Part shown: positions 9,950-18,302 of the stretch, piece by piece
Layout: every line of letters begins with the position of its first letter
Position numbering within the stretch: the stretch's first letter is position 1
DNA from: Candidatus Aenigmatarchaeota archaeon
GTDB taxonomy: Archaea > Aenigmatarchaeota > Aenigmatarchaeia > CG10238-14 > SCSR01
Reading direction: 5' to 3'
Assembly (NCBI GenBank): GCA_018304615.1
Contig: JAGVVV010000010.1
Span: 26,000-89,999 of the forward strand
Length of the DNA: 64,000 nt
The notes under the pieces: model-generated
What the model was told of the DNA's origin: nothing
The model's database searches: none
The model's input: only the letters and a program-made list of their open reading frames with translations
Position numbers and translations under genes: made by a program

Positions 9950-10286
9950 CCTCCGTGAATTTTGTAAGAGATTTCATTTCTTCGATCTTGTGAATTTTGA
10001 ATGAGTTCTTGAATTTTCTCCTCAGAGATTTATCGACAATTATGTCTGAACTCTCGAGGAGTTTTATGAGACGTGAATTCTTTGATTCGCCTTCAGCATC
10101 GAAATCGGTTAATACTGTAACAGATTTCTTGCCGAGGGTTTCTATGAAATCCGTGAATTTGTGAAGTGAATTTCCTGAGATATCAAAAACATTTTCAAAA
10201 CCGAAATTAGTCAAAGCAATCTTGTCGTTTTTACCTTCTACGATAATAGGGACGCCGGAGAATTTTCTGATTAAATCAAATTTCAC
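9861..10286 (-). CDS. Small toprim-domain protein (RNase M5-like)
   Basis: IIVEGKNDK and LTDFDAEG motifs. Confidence 0.88.
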   Translation of the reverse strand: MKFDLIRKFSGVPIIVEGKNDKIALTNFGFENVFDISGNSLHKFTDFIETLGKKSVTVLTDFDAEGESKNSRLIKLLESSDIIVDKSLRRKFKNSFKIHKIEEMKSLTKFTEDDYYGEIGPINNKIFDRSRIHNRRNRRKT

Positions 10287-11098
10287 ACGATAACCTCCAG
10301 AATGTCTCTCTCTGTGATGAAACCTTCTAAAATTCCGTTCCCGTCTGTGACAGGAAGCCCGCCGATGTTTTTTTTCTTCATGGTTTTTATCGATTCGGAT
10401 ACATCTTGGTTTTTATCGGCTGACAAGACATCATCTATAACAATATCCTTCAACGGATTTTGCAGACTAACGAAATTATAATCATTTTCTTTTATGTATT
10501 CCAAAATATCAAACGCGGTCACTATCCCTACCAATTTCCTCTCTGCAACGAGTGGGAGTCTTCTGTATCTTGTGTTCACCATGCTCTTCAAACAGTCTAA
10601 AATGGAAATGTGTGAATGGACGAAAAACGGTTTCTTCGTCATCACTTCGCCGACAGAAAACCCGAAATTACTTTTGTCGAAGTGTTTTACAATGTCTCTC
10701 TCGCTTACCATACCTTCCAGTTTGTTCTTGTATGTGACTGGGAATCCACCTCTTCTTGAAATCTTGAACTTCTGCAAGAGGAGGCCAATACTGTCATCAG
10801 AATCTACATGCTGAACATCCCGAATCATGATGGAAGAGATTTTTTCTTTGAGATCCTGTTTCCTCAAATATGCGTCAAGAAAATCCATGAGGGTTATAAT
10901 TCCGACTAGAGAATTCGATTTGTTGACGATTGGAAGTCTCCTGTGACCGCTGTCGAGCATCTTCTTGATGATGTGTTGCATGTCCTCGTTTTCAAAAGAA
11001 AAAACTGGCTGCAATTTTGTGATGGTGTTGATCTTGTTGAATCTATCCAATCCGGATTTCTCTAGTTCTATTCCTATGACTCCAATTCTTCCTTGCAA
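10283..11098 (-). CDS. Four-CBS-domain protein (start uncertain, possibly ATA 11071)
   Basis: Four repeats of the type HRRLPIV..GIIT, GFPV..GMVSERD, RRLPLV..GIVT, GGLPV..GFITERD. Confidence 0.88.
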   Translation of the reverse strand: MQGRIGVIGIELEKSGLDRFNKINTITKLQPVFSFENEDMQHIIKKMLDSGHRRLPIVNKSNSLVGIITLMDFLDAYLRKQDLKEKISSIMIRDVQHVDSDDSIGLLLQKFKISRRGGFPVTYKNKLEGMVSERDIVKHFDKSNFGFSVGEVMTKKPFFVHSHISILDCLKSMVNTRYRRLPLVAERKLVGIVTAFDILEYIKENDYNFVSLQNPLKDIVIDDVLSADKNQDVSESIKTMKKKNIGGLPVTDGNGILEGFITERDILEVIV

Positions 11099-11628
11099 TC
11101 TTCACACAACCATTGGCCGTTCACGTTCTGAAGGCTGTCTGCATAAGTGCCGCAGTTCTCGCATATCCCTGATGTCTCTTTCTCCATGATTTCAAGCGGA
11201 CTTTCGAGAGGAGTTTCTTTCGATTTCAGTCTGGATTCTAGCAAGTCGAGCATCTCAGGTGAAGTGACTGCAATGTCAATCGCAGAGATTATCCCGACTA
11301 TGGATCCTTCTGTAACCACCGGAAGCCTCTTCACATTGTTCCTTTTTAATTTTCTGGCAGCCTCGACCAGTGGATCTCCTGGTTTCACAGTAATCAATGG
11401 AGAAGCCATGATTGATTTAACTTTGATAGAGGAAGGCTTTTTGTTAGAGCTGACTACTTTGTTTATTATGTCTGTGTCGGTTACTATCCCGACGGCGTTG
11501 TTCTTCCTCAAAACAATGAGCGCACCCTTCCTGTGTTTCTTCAAAAGCGCCGCGGCATCTTTGACGCTCTTGTTCTCATCTATGGCGATGACCTTCTTCG
11601 TCATCACATCTCTGACAGTTACTGGCAA
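11074..11628 (-). CDS. CBS-pair protein with C-terminal Zn ribbon
   Basis: VRDVMTK, GIVTDTDI, KRLPVV; C-terminal CENC..CEDC. Confidence 0.9.
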   Translation of the reverse strand: MPVTVRDVMTKKVIAIDENKSVKDAAALLKKHRKGALIVLRKNNAVGIVTDTDIINKVVSSNKKPSSIKVKSIMASPLITVKPGDPLVEAARKLKRNNVKRLPVVTEGSIVGIISAIDIAVTSPEMLDLLESRLKSKETPLESPLEIMEKETSGICENCGTYADSLQNVNGQWLCEDCKEELES

Positions 11629-11639
11629 ACAACCACCTA

Positions 11640-11987
11640 CTAATTATTGGTGGGTAGTAGATAAATTTTTACAAATGAGTTGAGGTCCTGTCCATCATCT
11701 GTTTTAACTTTTTTCTGTGGTTTTAGAGCTCTGATTTTACCATAGCCGAAGTCGACAATTAGAAAGAAAGGGAAACCTGCAAGAGAAGATTTCATGTAAC
11801 CGTCATAGTAAAGAGTCTTTTTCTTGGTTGATTTTACCTGCAGGAGAATGCACTGCCCTTCTTTAAGACAGATTAGATCAGCCTCTCCAAGGCTCGCCCC
11901 AGCCCTCACGACATCCCATCCTCTGTTCTCGAAAAAGATCCTGATTTTCCTTTCTACCATATACCCCTTTCGCTTCATAAATGGCAT
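11640..11987 (-). CDS. hjc: Holliday junction resolvase Hjc-like PD-(D/E)XK nuclease
   Basis: KGYMVER, VVRAGASLG, ADLI, QVKST. Confidence 0.82.
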   Translation of the reverse strand: MPFMKRKGYMVERKIRIFFENRGWDVVRAGASLGEADLICLKEGQCILLQVKSTKKKTLYYDGYMKSSLAGFPFFLIVDFGYGKIRALKPQKKVKTDDGQDLNSFVKIYLLPTNN

Positions 11988-12049
11988 TTAATTAAATGTA
12001 GTGACAAATAACAAATATCTTCGCAGACAATTAGTACATGGTGTTTTGA

Positions 12050-12724
12050 TTGAACGTTCTGACTATTGGGGACATACACAACGATGTTGAGAATATCATA
12101 AATTATGCTGACAAGCTTTCTATGCTGGATTTTGATGTAATAGTCTGCCCTGGAGATTTCACTGATGTTCCTCCTAGAGGATTCACTTCTGTCGAGATTG
12201 CAAAATTAATCATAGAAGAGCTGAGAACTTTCAAAAAACCTATTCTGGCTGTTCCAGGGAATTGGGACGATAAAGTGTTAGAATATTTGGAAAAGGAAGA
12301 TATGAGCATCCATGGAAGAGGAAAGGTTGTAGGTGATGTTGGCTTCTACGGATTCGGAGGTGCGAAGACTCCATTCAACACACCGCTCGAACCTAGCGAG
12401 GAAGAGATAGAACAGGGGTTGAAAAAAGGATTTTCTAAAGTAAGTAACGCGAGATATAAAATTCAGGTCACACACATCCCTCCTGCGCGAACGAAAATTG
12501 ATACGACTTACTCTGGGGCGCATATAGGATCTGAAGCTGTAAGAACTTTTATCGCAGAAAATCAGCCTGATGTTGCGGTGTGCGCGCACGTTCATGAAGG
12601 AAAAGGCACTGATGAAATCGGAAAGACAAAATTATTGAATGCCGGAAGATTCCCAGAAGGATATTTGGGTATGATTTCGTTGAAACCGCAGGAAGTTTCT
12701 GTGAAAATTGTCAACTTAATCTGA
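12050..12724 (+). CDS. Calcineurin-like metallophosphoesterase
   Basis: DIH, GDFTD, PGNWD, THIPP, AHVHE; TTG start. Confidence 0.9.
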   Translation: MNVLTIGDIHNDVENIINYADKLSMLDFDVIVCPGDFTDVPPRGFTSVEIAKLIIEELRTFKKPILAVPGNWDDKVLEYLEKEDMSIHGRGKVVGDVGFYGFGGAKTPFNTPLEPSEEEIEQGLKKGFSKVSNARYKIQVTHIPPARTKIDTTYSGAHIGSEAVRTFIAENQPDVAVCAHVHEGKGTDEIGKTKLLNAGRFPEGYLGMISLKPQEVSVKIVNLI

Positions 12725-12781
12725 CTTCTTTGCAACCAAAAAGCTTTATTATGCCCAGAATGAAATTATTAAATCCTAAGC

Positions 12782-12846
12782 CCACGGAAACGGAAAGGTA
12801 AATTTAATCAGCTTAGTGTAACCACGGAAAAGGAAAAGGAAAGGTA
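12782..12846. repeat. Imperfect direct repeat CCACGGAAA(C/A)GGAAA..GGTA, two copies 40 bp apart
   Basis: CCACGGAAACGGAAAGGTA (12782-12800) and CCACGGAAAAGGAAAAGGAAAGGTA (12822-12846). Confidence 0.75.
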
Positions 12847-12849
12847 GAA

Positions 12850-13227
12850 ATGACTAGGTTAGATTCAGTTATAAACATTTCTATAGAGCAAGATATAGAA
12901 AAGACTGTAAACGAATTTGCCGAAAGGTTGGACTTTTTGGATGTGCAGCTGTTGAGGAAATTCTATGTCACTAATTCTCCTTTCCCTTATGATACGCAAC
13001 CATACTGTTTCCCCCTTCTTTACAAGGAGATGAGGGATGTCCATAAGATCAAAATCGGCAGCGAAGCCTTGAGGAAGAGGCTTGATAACCTAGTCAAAAT
13101 TGGTCTTCTAGAAAAGATTAGGAACTCCAACCCTGCCAACTATTCGCCGGTTAGGGGTAGGGAGAATTTTGTCCGCGCAACTGTTATGAAATTCTTCATG
13201 CTCAGTGGGTTACAGAAATATTTATGA
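12850..13227 (+). CDS. Winged-helix DNA-binding protein, family unknown
   Basis: LDFLDVQLL...SEALRKRLDNLVKIGLLEKI..NPANY fits a wHTH recognition helix plus wing. Confidence 0.7.
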   Translation: MTRLDSVINISIEQDIEKTVNEFAERLDFLDVQLLRKFYVTNSPFPYDTQPYCFPLLYKEMRDVHKIKIGSEALRKRLDNLVKIGLLEKIRNSNPANYSPVRGRENFVRATVMKFFMLSGLQKYL

Positions 13228-13434
13228 AGTTTCTCTTATGAGTTTTTGTAAGTGTTCAAATTACAATTAAACTTGTATAGTAGGATTTAATTTTTTATGA
13301 AGGTTCACTAAAGGGAAATAACAATTACTGTGAACGTTCAAAGGAAAAAATGCGAACAGTTAGAATTTTAATATGATAATATAACATATAATAACTATCA
13401 TAATAATATATAATATAACAAACAATATTTTATA
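13228..13434. other. Non-coding region with palindromes and a very AT-rich tract (possible DNA-unwinding element)
   Basis: TGAAGGTTCA 13298-13307; TGAACGTTCA 13331-13340; 7 G/C in 70 nt at 13361-13430; ATAATATAACA twice. Confidence 0.55.
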
Positions 13435-14073
13435 ATGAAAGAAGCCACACTACGAGTTCTTTTTGAAAAACACCTTGCCAACAACAACACAAAATTTACG
13501 AGCGACCTTAAAACAAATGCCGGACTTGTCGACTATGTAATAGAGTCTGACGGGCAATTACACGCCATTGAAGTAAGGGGATCGCGGGCAAACACCAGCA
13601 ACACAATAGGACATTTGGTCAACATCCATAGAGCCTTTTCACACGTATACCTCTTAGCGCCCCCAACACTCATAGAAAAGGTCGATAAAATCCTTAAAGG
13701 GGCCAGGGTTCTGCCGACACTTGGTATTATTACTGTGGGCAAAGAAGGCCCGGTCTATATTAAAAAACCAAGCCCAGACAGGTATTATTTCAACAAACCA
13801 GAAGAGGTTAAAACAAAAAGTATTTACAAGGCACATCATCTAATCCTAAACGCCACCGACAAAGAAATATTGCAACATTTTAAAGAAATCCCTCTGACCG
13901 TTGCAGAAGTGTCGAAAACTCTTGGCACCACAATGCCAAACGCCTACCGAAGAATCTTGAGATTGAAAAGAGCGAAACTTATCGAAGAGCTTACAGACGG
14001 CTCTGTTTACCCAAAAACCTATAAAATTGTGCCAAATCTGAAAATAGACGAGATAATTTCGCTGGACGTCTAA
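13435..14073 (+). CDS. PD-(D/E)XK-like domain fused to a C-terminal winged helix
   Basis: GLVDYVIE...AIEVR (R in place of K); LNATDKEILQHF..LTVAEVSKTLG..NAYRRILRLKRAKLI. Confidence 0.7.
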   Translation: MKEATLRVLFEKHLANNNTKFTSDLKTNAGLVDYVIESDGQLHAIEVRGSRANTSNTIGHLVNIHRAFSHVYLLAPPTLIEKVDKILKGARVLPTLGIITVGKEGPVYIKKPSPDRYYFNKPEEVKTKSIYKAHHLILNATDKEILQHFKEIPLTVAEVSKTLGTTMPNAYRRILRLKRAKLIEELTDGSVYPKTYKIVPNLKIDEIISLDV

Positions 14074-14218
14074 ACCAACCATTTTCAGAATCATTTCAAA
14101 AAATCGGAAGTTTTGCCGAATAAAACCCAATTCTCGCCTATTCCCCCAACAGAAGCCACTTATTCAACAAAACCAAGTCGGATTAAAGAATAAATATGAC
14201 AAATCATAAAAATTCTGT

Positions 14219-14476
14219 ATGAAACGTGGAAGGCCAGCAATCCGCAACCTCATGCACGACACTATCCTTTCAGTTCTTACCGAAACACAGGTCCCTTTAA
14301 CAGTCTCAAACCTCGCCAGATTCGCATCTGAAAAGACAGGGAGAGTCCTGAGTTGGAACACGGCTCAGAAATATGTCCAAGAATTAGTAGAAGTCAACAA
14401 GGTCCAGCCAATCACACTACCGCATTCTAAAGAACCAGGTAAAGAAGGCCTGACAGTTTATACTCTGAAAAAGTAA
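14219..14476 (+). CDS. Small winged-helix protein with N-terminal KRGRP (AT-hook-like) motif
   Basis: MKRGRP...LSWNTAQKYVQELV...VYTLKK. Confidence 0.72.
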   Translation: MKRGRPAIRNLMHDTILSVLTETQVPLTVSNLARFASEKTGRVLSWNTAQKYVQELVEVNKVQPITLPHSKEPGKEGLTVYTLKK

Positions 14477-14488
14477 CTTGGTGGTCGC

Positions 14489-15601
14489 GTGGAGAGAAAT
14501 GAAATAGTCAAAATTTTCCTCGACAAAGGGTATATGATAGATACAACCAGCCTTGATTTTTTTTCTGAAAACCAAACAATGGTGCAGCCATTTCTAGATT
14601 ATTATTCTGACCTGGAAGACAAGACCGGTTCCATCGACATCAATTTAGTCCAAGAGATTTTGAAAATAAAAATTTCAAGTCTGCAAATTATAAAGACAGC
14701 AAACAAAAAACAAAAAATATCGGTATCAGACCAATCGACGTTTCTTAACAAAAGATTCGACGCAATTAAAAAAATAATGAATAACCGGCTAGATTTGATA
14801 AATCTTGTATCGATAAACAAAATCTCGCAGAAAAGTAAAAAATTCTCCCTGATAGGCATCGTCAAAAATAAAAATGATGAGACTAAATCTCTTATCCTCG
14901 AAGACACCACAGGTGAGGTAGAGCTATTTTTTTCAGAAAATTTCTTTTCTGATTACGATTCGATTCTTCACGATGACATTCTAGGGTTCATTTGTTCTAA
15001 CGAGTTTGGGCGGTACTATTACATAAAAACAGTTTGGCCTGACATCCCTCTGACTCGCGAAGTCAAAAAAACAAAAGAAAATTACAAATGCATCTTCGCA
15101 TGCATTTCCGACTTGAACGAAGTACTTACAGATTGGTTAAACAAATCTGCAGACGAAGAATCGGCAATTTTCATTTTCCCAGTTGGAGACAACAAGAACG
15201 TAAAAAAAATATTTGAAAAACTACCCCATTCATCAGTGAAATATTTGGTTGATGGCACTTCTATCATTTCTCTTTCCGGATTAACGTTTTTCCTTTCAAA
15301 CAACCAGATCTACAAAAAATACCAGGAATTTTTTAAAACGACCCCTGAAGCAACTTTGACGAATCTGGTAAAAAGGAGAAATATGAACCCAAGTCTTGAC
15401 TTTGATAAATCAGTTTACGATGATGACCCATTCATTCTAGATCAAGTTCCGGACGTAATAGTTGTCAGCACCCTCGACGAACAATCTGTTTCCAACTACA
15501 AAGGCACCAACGTCCTCACTATAAAGGACTTCGCACTAGGAAATTCTGTTCTTGTTCTCGACACGAAGACGCGAGAGGTTATAAAGATTGGAATATTATA
15601 G
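14489..15601 (+). CDS. Degenerate (predicted inactive) PolD small-subunit DP1 / B-subunit homolog
   Basis: N-terminal EIVKIFLDKGYMI; OB fold SLIGIV..LILEDTTGEV..ILHDDILG..WPDIP; relic phosphoesterase motifs ISDL, LVKRRNMNP and DPFILDQVPD lack the catalytic His residues. Confidence 0.78.
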   Translation: MERNEIVKIFLDKGYMIDTTSLDFFSENQTMVQPFLDYYSDLEDKTGSIDINLVQEILKIKISSLQIIKTANKKQKISVSDQSTFLNKRFDAIKKIMNNRLDLINLVSINKISQKSKKFSLIGIVKNKNDETKSLILEDTTGEVELFFSENFFSDYDSILHDDILGFICSNEFGRYYYIKTVWPDIPLTREVKKTKENYKCIFACISDLNEVLTDWLNKSADEESAIFIFPVGDNKNVKKIFEKLPHSSVKYLVDGTSIISLSGLTFFLSNNQIYKKYQEFFKTTPEATLTNLVKRRNMNPSLDFDKSVYDDDPFILDQVPDVIVVSTLDEQSVSNYKGTNVLTIKDFALGNSVLVLDTKTREVIKIGIL

Positions 15602-15608
15602 ATAAGAT

Positions 15609-18302
15609 ATGGAACTGGTTTTTCAGGTAATAGACTGTGATTACACAGAACTGAACAACTCGCCTCTTGTCAGATTATTTGGCAAAACAGAGGACGGGAA
15701 GACAGTCTGCGCTTTCTTTGAGAATTTCATGCCTTATTTTTATGTCAAAGTTTCCAACGAAGAAGAACTCATGGTGTTTCTTAATAAAAATTTTAATTCT
15801 CTGGTCAGTAATGTTGAAAGTGTGAAAAAATTTCTTCCACTTGGCTATCAAGAAGAAAAAACTGATTTGCTCAAGATTGTGCTCAAAGATCCTGCCCAGA
15901 CTCCAGTAATCAGGGACGAACTGAAAAGGCACAAATTCGTAGAAGAAATTTACGAAGCTGACATACTTTTCAAATACAGATTCATGGCAGACAGGGGGGT
16001 CTTTGGGATGAGGTGGGTTAAGGTTGAAGGTTCTCCAAGTTCAACTGTCACAGTCAGAACCGACAAATTTATTTCTGCCAAGAGTGTCACTACAATCGAA
16101 AATAATTCAAACGTCCCGCTAAGACACATGGGTCTCGACATAGAGGTAGTCCCAAGCACCGAGGTAGTTCCAAATGCTGTAAAGGATCCGATTGCCATAG
16201 TCAGCCTCTCATTCCTCCCCTCCTTTTCTAACGAAAACACGCTAGTACTTGTCGCCAAACCTTCCACGAAAAAAGAAGATGGTTCTCTTTTTTTCAAGAA
16301 CGAGAAGGAAATGCTCGAGAAATTAGTGGAAATCATCGGCGATTACGATCCTGACGCGATTGTAGGTTACAACATAAACAATTTTGACATGCCGTATCTT
16401 CTCGAGAGATTAAAGCAGAACAAACTATCAAGAGTTCTCGGTCGTGACAGCGAGAAAATCGTGATGAGCAAAAAATTCGGGAACAAGACAAGGAACAACA
16501 TTCTAGGAAGATTTGTCATCGATGTTTATGAATTGATAAAAGAATCTGCAGGCAAAGGCCTGCTGAGATTAAAAAGATACGGGCTCGGGGACGTTTCCAG
16601 AGAACTCATAGGTGAAGACAAGGTAGACATCGCGCACAGTGAAATTTCAAAGCATTGGAATGGAGACCTAAACATGCTGTCCAAATTGATTACCTATTCT
16701 AGAAAAGATGCAGAGTTAGTTCTAAAACTTCTGATACAGAAAGACATGATAGAAAAATTCATAGAGCTCTCCAAAGTCAGCGGCCTTTTGCTTCAGGATG
16801 TTTTAGATGGAGGCGAAGCAAACAGAGTCGAGAACGTTCTTTTGAGAGAGTTCAATCGACAAGAATTCGTCGTCCCGAACAAACCCGAAGGAAGCGTGAT
16901 GGCTAAGAGAGATCAAGAAAGGGAATCCAAAGGACTGAAAGGTGCGCTCGTCCTTGATCCGGAAATCGGCCTTCACACAAAACCTGTCATTTATCTTGAC
17001 TTCAGATCCATGTACCCTTCAATCTATGTCGCGTACAACATTTGCCCCACAACACTTCTTACAAAAGACTTACCATTAGATTCTTACAAAACATCGTTCG
17101 GGTCGAAATTCGTCACTCCCAAAATCAGAGAAGGAATAATCCCAAAAATTGTCAAGCAACTAATAACAGACAGAGATGAGATCAAAAAACAAATGAGAAA
17201 GGCAAAAAACGAAAAAGAAAGGAAGATGCTTGAGGCTAAACAGATTGCGATAAAATATGTCACAAATTCCTTTTACGGATACACTGGGTACGTCCGTGCT
17301 AGATTTTACGTACTCGACGTTGCCAGCGCAATCACCAGTTGTGGTCGTGAACTTATCCAGAAGACGAAGAATAAAGTCGAAGAGGACAAGAACTTCAAGG
17401 TGATTTACGGGGATACAGATTCTATAATGGTCAGGACACCAGCCTCTAATATTGACGATGCAATGAAGGTCGGTCTAGAGATAGAACAGAAGATAAATAA
17501 GGAGCTTGAAGGTGTAGTCCAGATGAAAATCGAAGGCATCTTCAAGAGCATTTTGATATTGGCCAAGAAAAGGTATGCCGGCCTTAGCAACGAGAAAGTA
17601 GACGGCGAGTGGCAAGAAAAGTTAGTCATGAAAGGAATCGAGACCGTGAGGAGAGATTGGTGTGACTTGGTCTCGAAAACACTTTACGACGTATTAGAAA
17701 TAATTTTGAAAGAGCAGGATCCGAAGAAGGCTTTCAAGTATGTGAAAGGAATTTTAAGCAAACTTGAGAAGAACGAGATTCCACTCGAACAGCTTTTGAT
17801 AACAAAAAGCATCTCCAAATCTTTGGGCGAATACAAAGGCATGCAGCCCCACATTGAACTTCTCAAGAAGATGAGGAAGAGAAGCCCTGCGACTGCTCCA
17901 GGTATAGGCGACAGGATAGGTTTTGTGATAGTAAAAGGTTTGCAGTTGATGTCAGACAGGGCTGAGGACCCGGAATATGTGAAGCAGAATCATCTTCACA
18001 TAGACTCTAAATATTATGCAGAGAGCCAGATACTTCCGCCACTGGAGAGAGTCTTCGAGGCCATAGGAATAGATAAAACTGAGTTGCTTGGCCTCGGTAG
18101 GCAGACTCTTTTGAGAGACATGTTCAAGAACAGCATCAAAAAAGCACCTGAACCTGAGAGCCTCACAGATTATTCAGGTCTAATCTGCGGAAAATGTAAC
18201 AAGACATATAGACGATCTCCTTTGGTTGGCAAGTGCTTCGATTGTGGTGGCGAACTGATGTTCTACTCAGGCGAAACAAAATCGAGGTTTGTCTCAGCAT
18301 GA
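15609..18302 (+). CDS. polB: Family B DNA polymerase with C-terminal DP2-like zinc finger
   Basis: Exo motifs DIE, YNINNFD, YSRKD; pol motifs DFRSMYPS, KYVTNSFYGY, YGDTDS, KKRY; tail CGKC-x12-CFDC. Confidence 0.97.
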   Translation: MELVFQVIDCDYTELNNSPLVRLFGKTEDGKTVCAFFENFMPYFYVKVSNEEELMVFLNKNFNSLVSNVESVKKFLPLGYQEEKTDLLKIVLKDPAQTPVIRDELKRHKFVEEIYEADILFKYRFMADRGVFGMRWVKVEGSPSSTVTVRTDKFISAKSVTTIENNSNVPLRHMGLDIEVVPSTEVVPNAVKDPIAIVSLSFLPSFSNENTLVLVAKPSTKKEDGSLFFKNEKEMLEKLVEIIGDYDPDAIVGYNINNFDMPYLLERLKQNKLSRVLGRDSEKIVMSKKFGNKTRNNILGRFVIDVYELIKESAGKGLLRLKRYGLGDVSRELIGEDKVDIAHSEISKHWNGDLNMLSKLITYSRKDAELVLKLLIQKDMIEKFIELSKVSGLLLQDVLDGGEANRVENVLLREFNRQEFVVPNKPEGSVMAKRDQERESKGLKGALVLDPEIGLHTKPVIYLDFRSMYPSIYVAYNICPTTLLTKDLPLDSYKTSFGSKFVTPKIREGIIPKIVKQLITDRDEIKKQMRKAKNEKERKMLEAKQIAIKYVTNSFYGYTGYVRARFYVLDVASAITSCGRELIQKTKNKVEEDKNFKVIYGDTDSIMVRTPASNIDDAMKVGLEIEQKINKELEGVVQMKIEGIFKSILILAKKRYAGLSNEKVDGEWQEKLVMKGIETVRRDWCDLVSKTLYDVLEIILKEQDPKKAFKYVKGILSKLEKNEIPLEQLLITKSISKSLGEYKGMQPHIELLKKMRKRSPATAPGIGDRIGFVIVKGLQLMSDRAEDPEYVKQNHLHIDSKYYAESQILPPLERVFEAIGIDKTELLGLGRQTLLRDMFKNSIKKAPEPESLTDYSGLICGKCNKTYRRSPLVGKCFDCGGELMFYSGETKSRFVSA

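Noticed and set aside
12725..14218. CRISPR array or canonical ORB elements
   Set aside because: Only two-copy repeats without regular spacers; no cas genes; no match to the ORB or mini-ORB consensus
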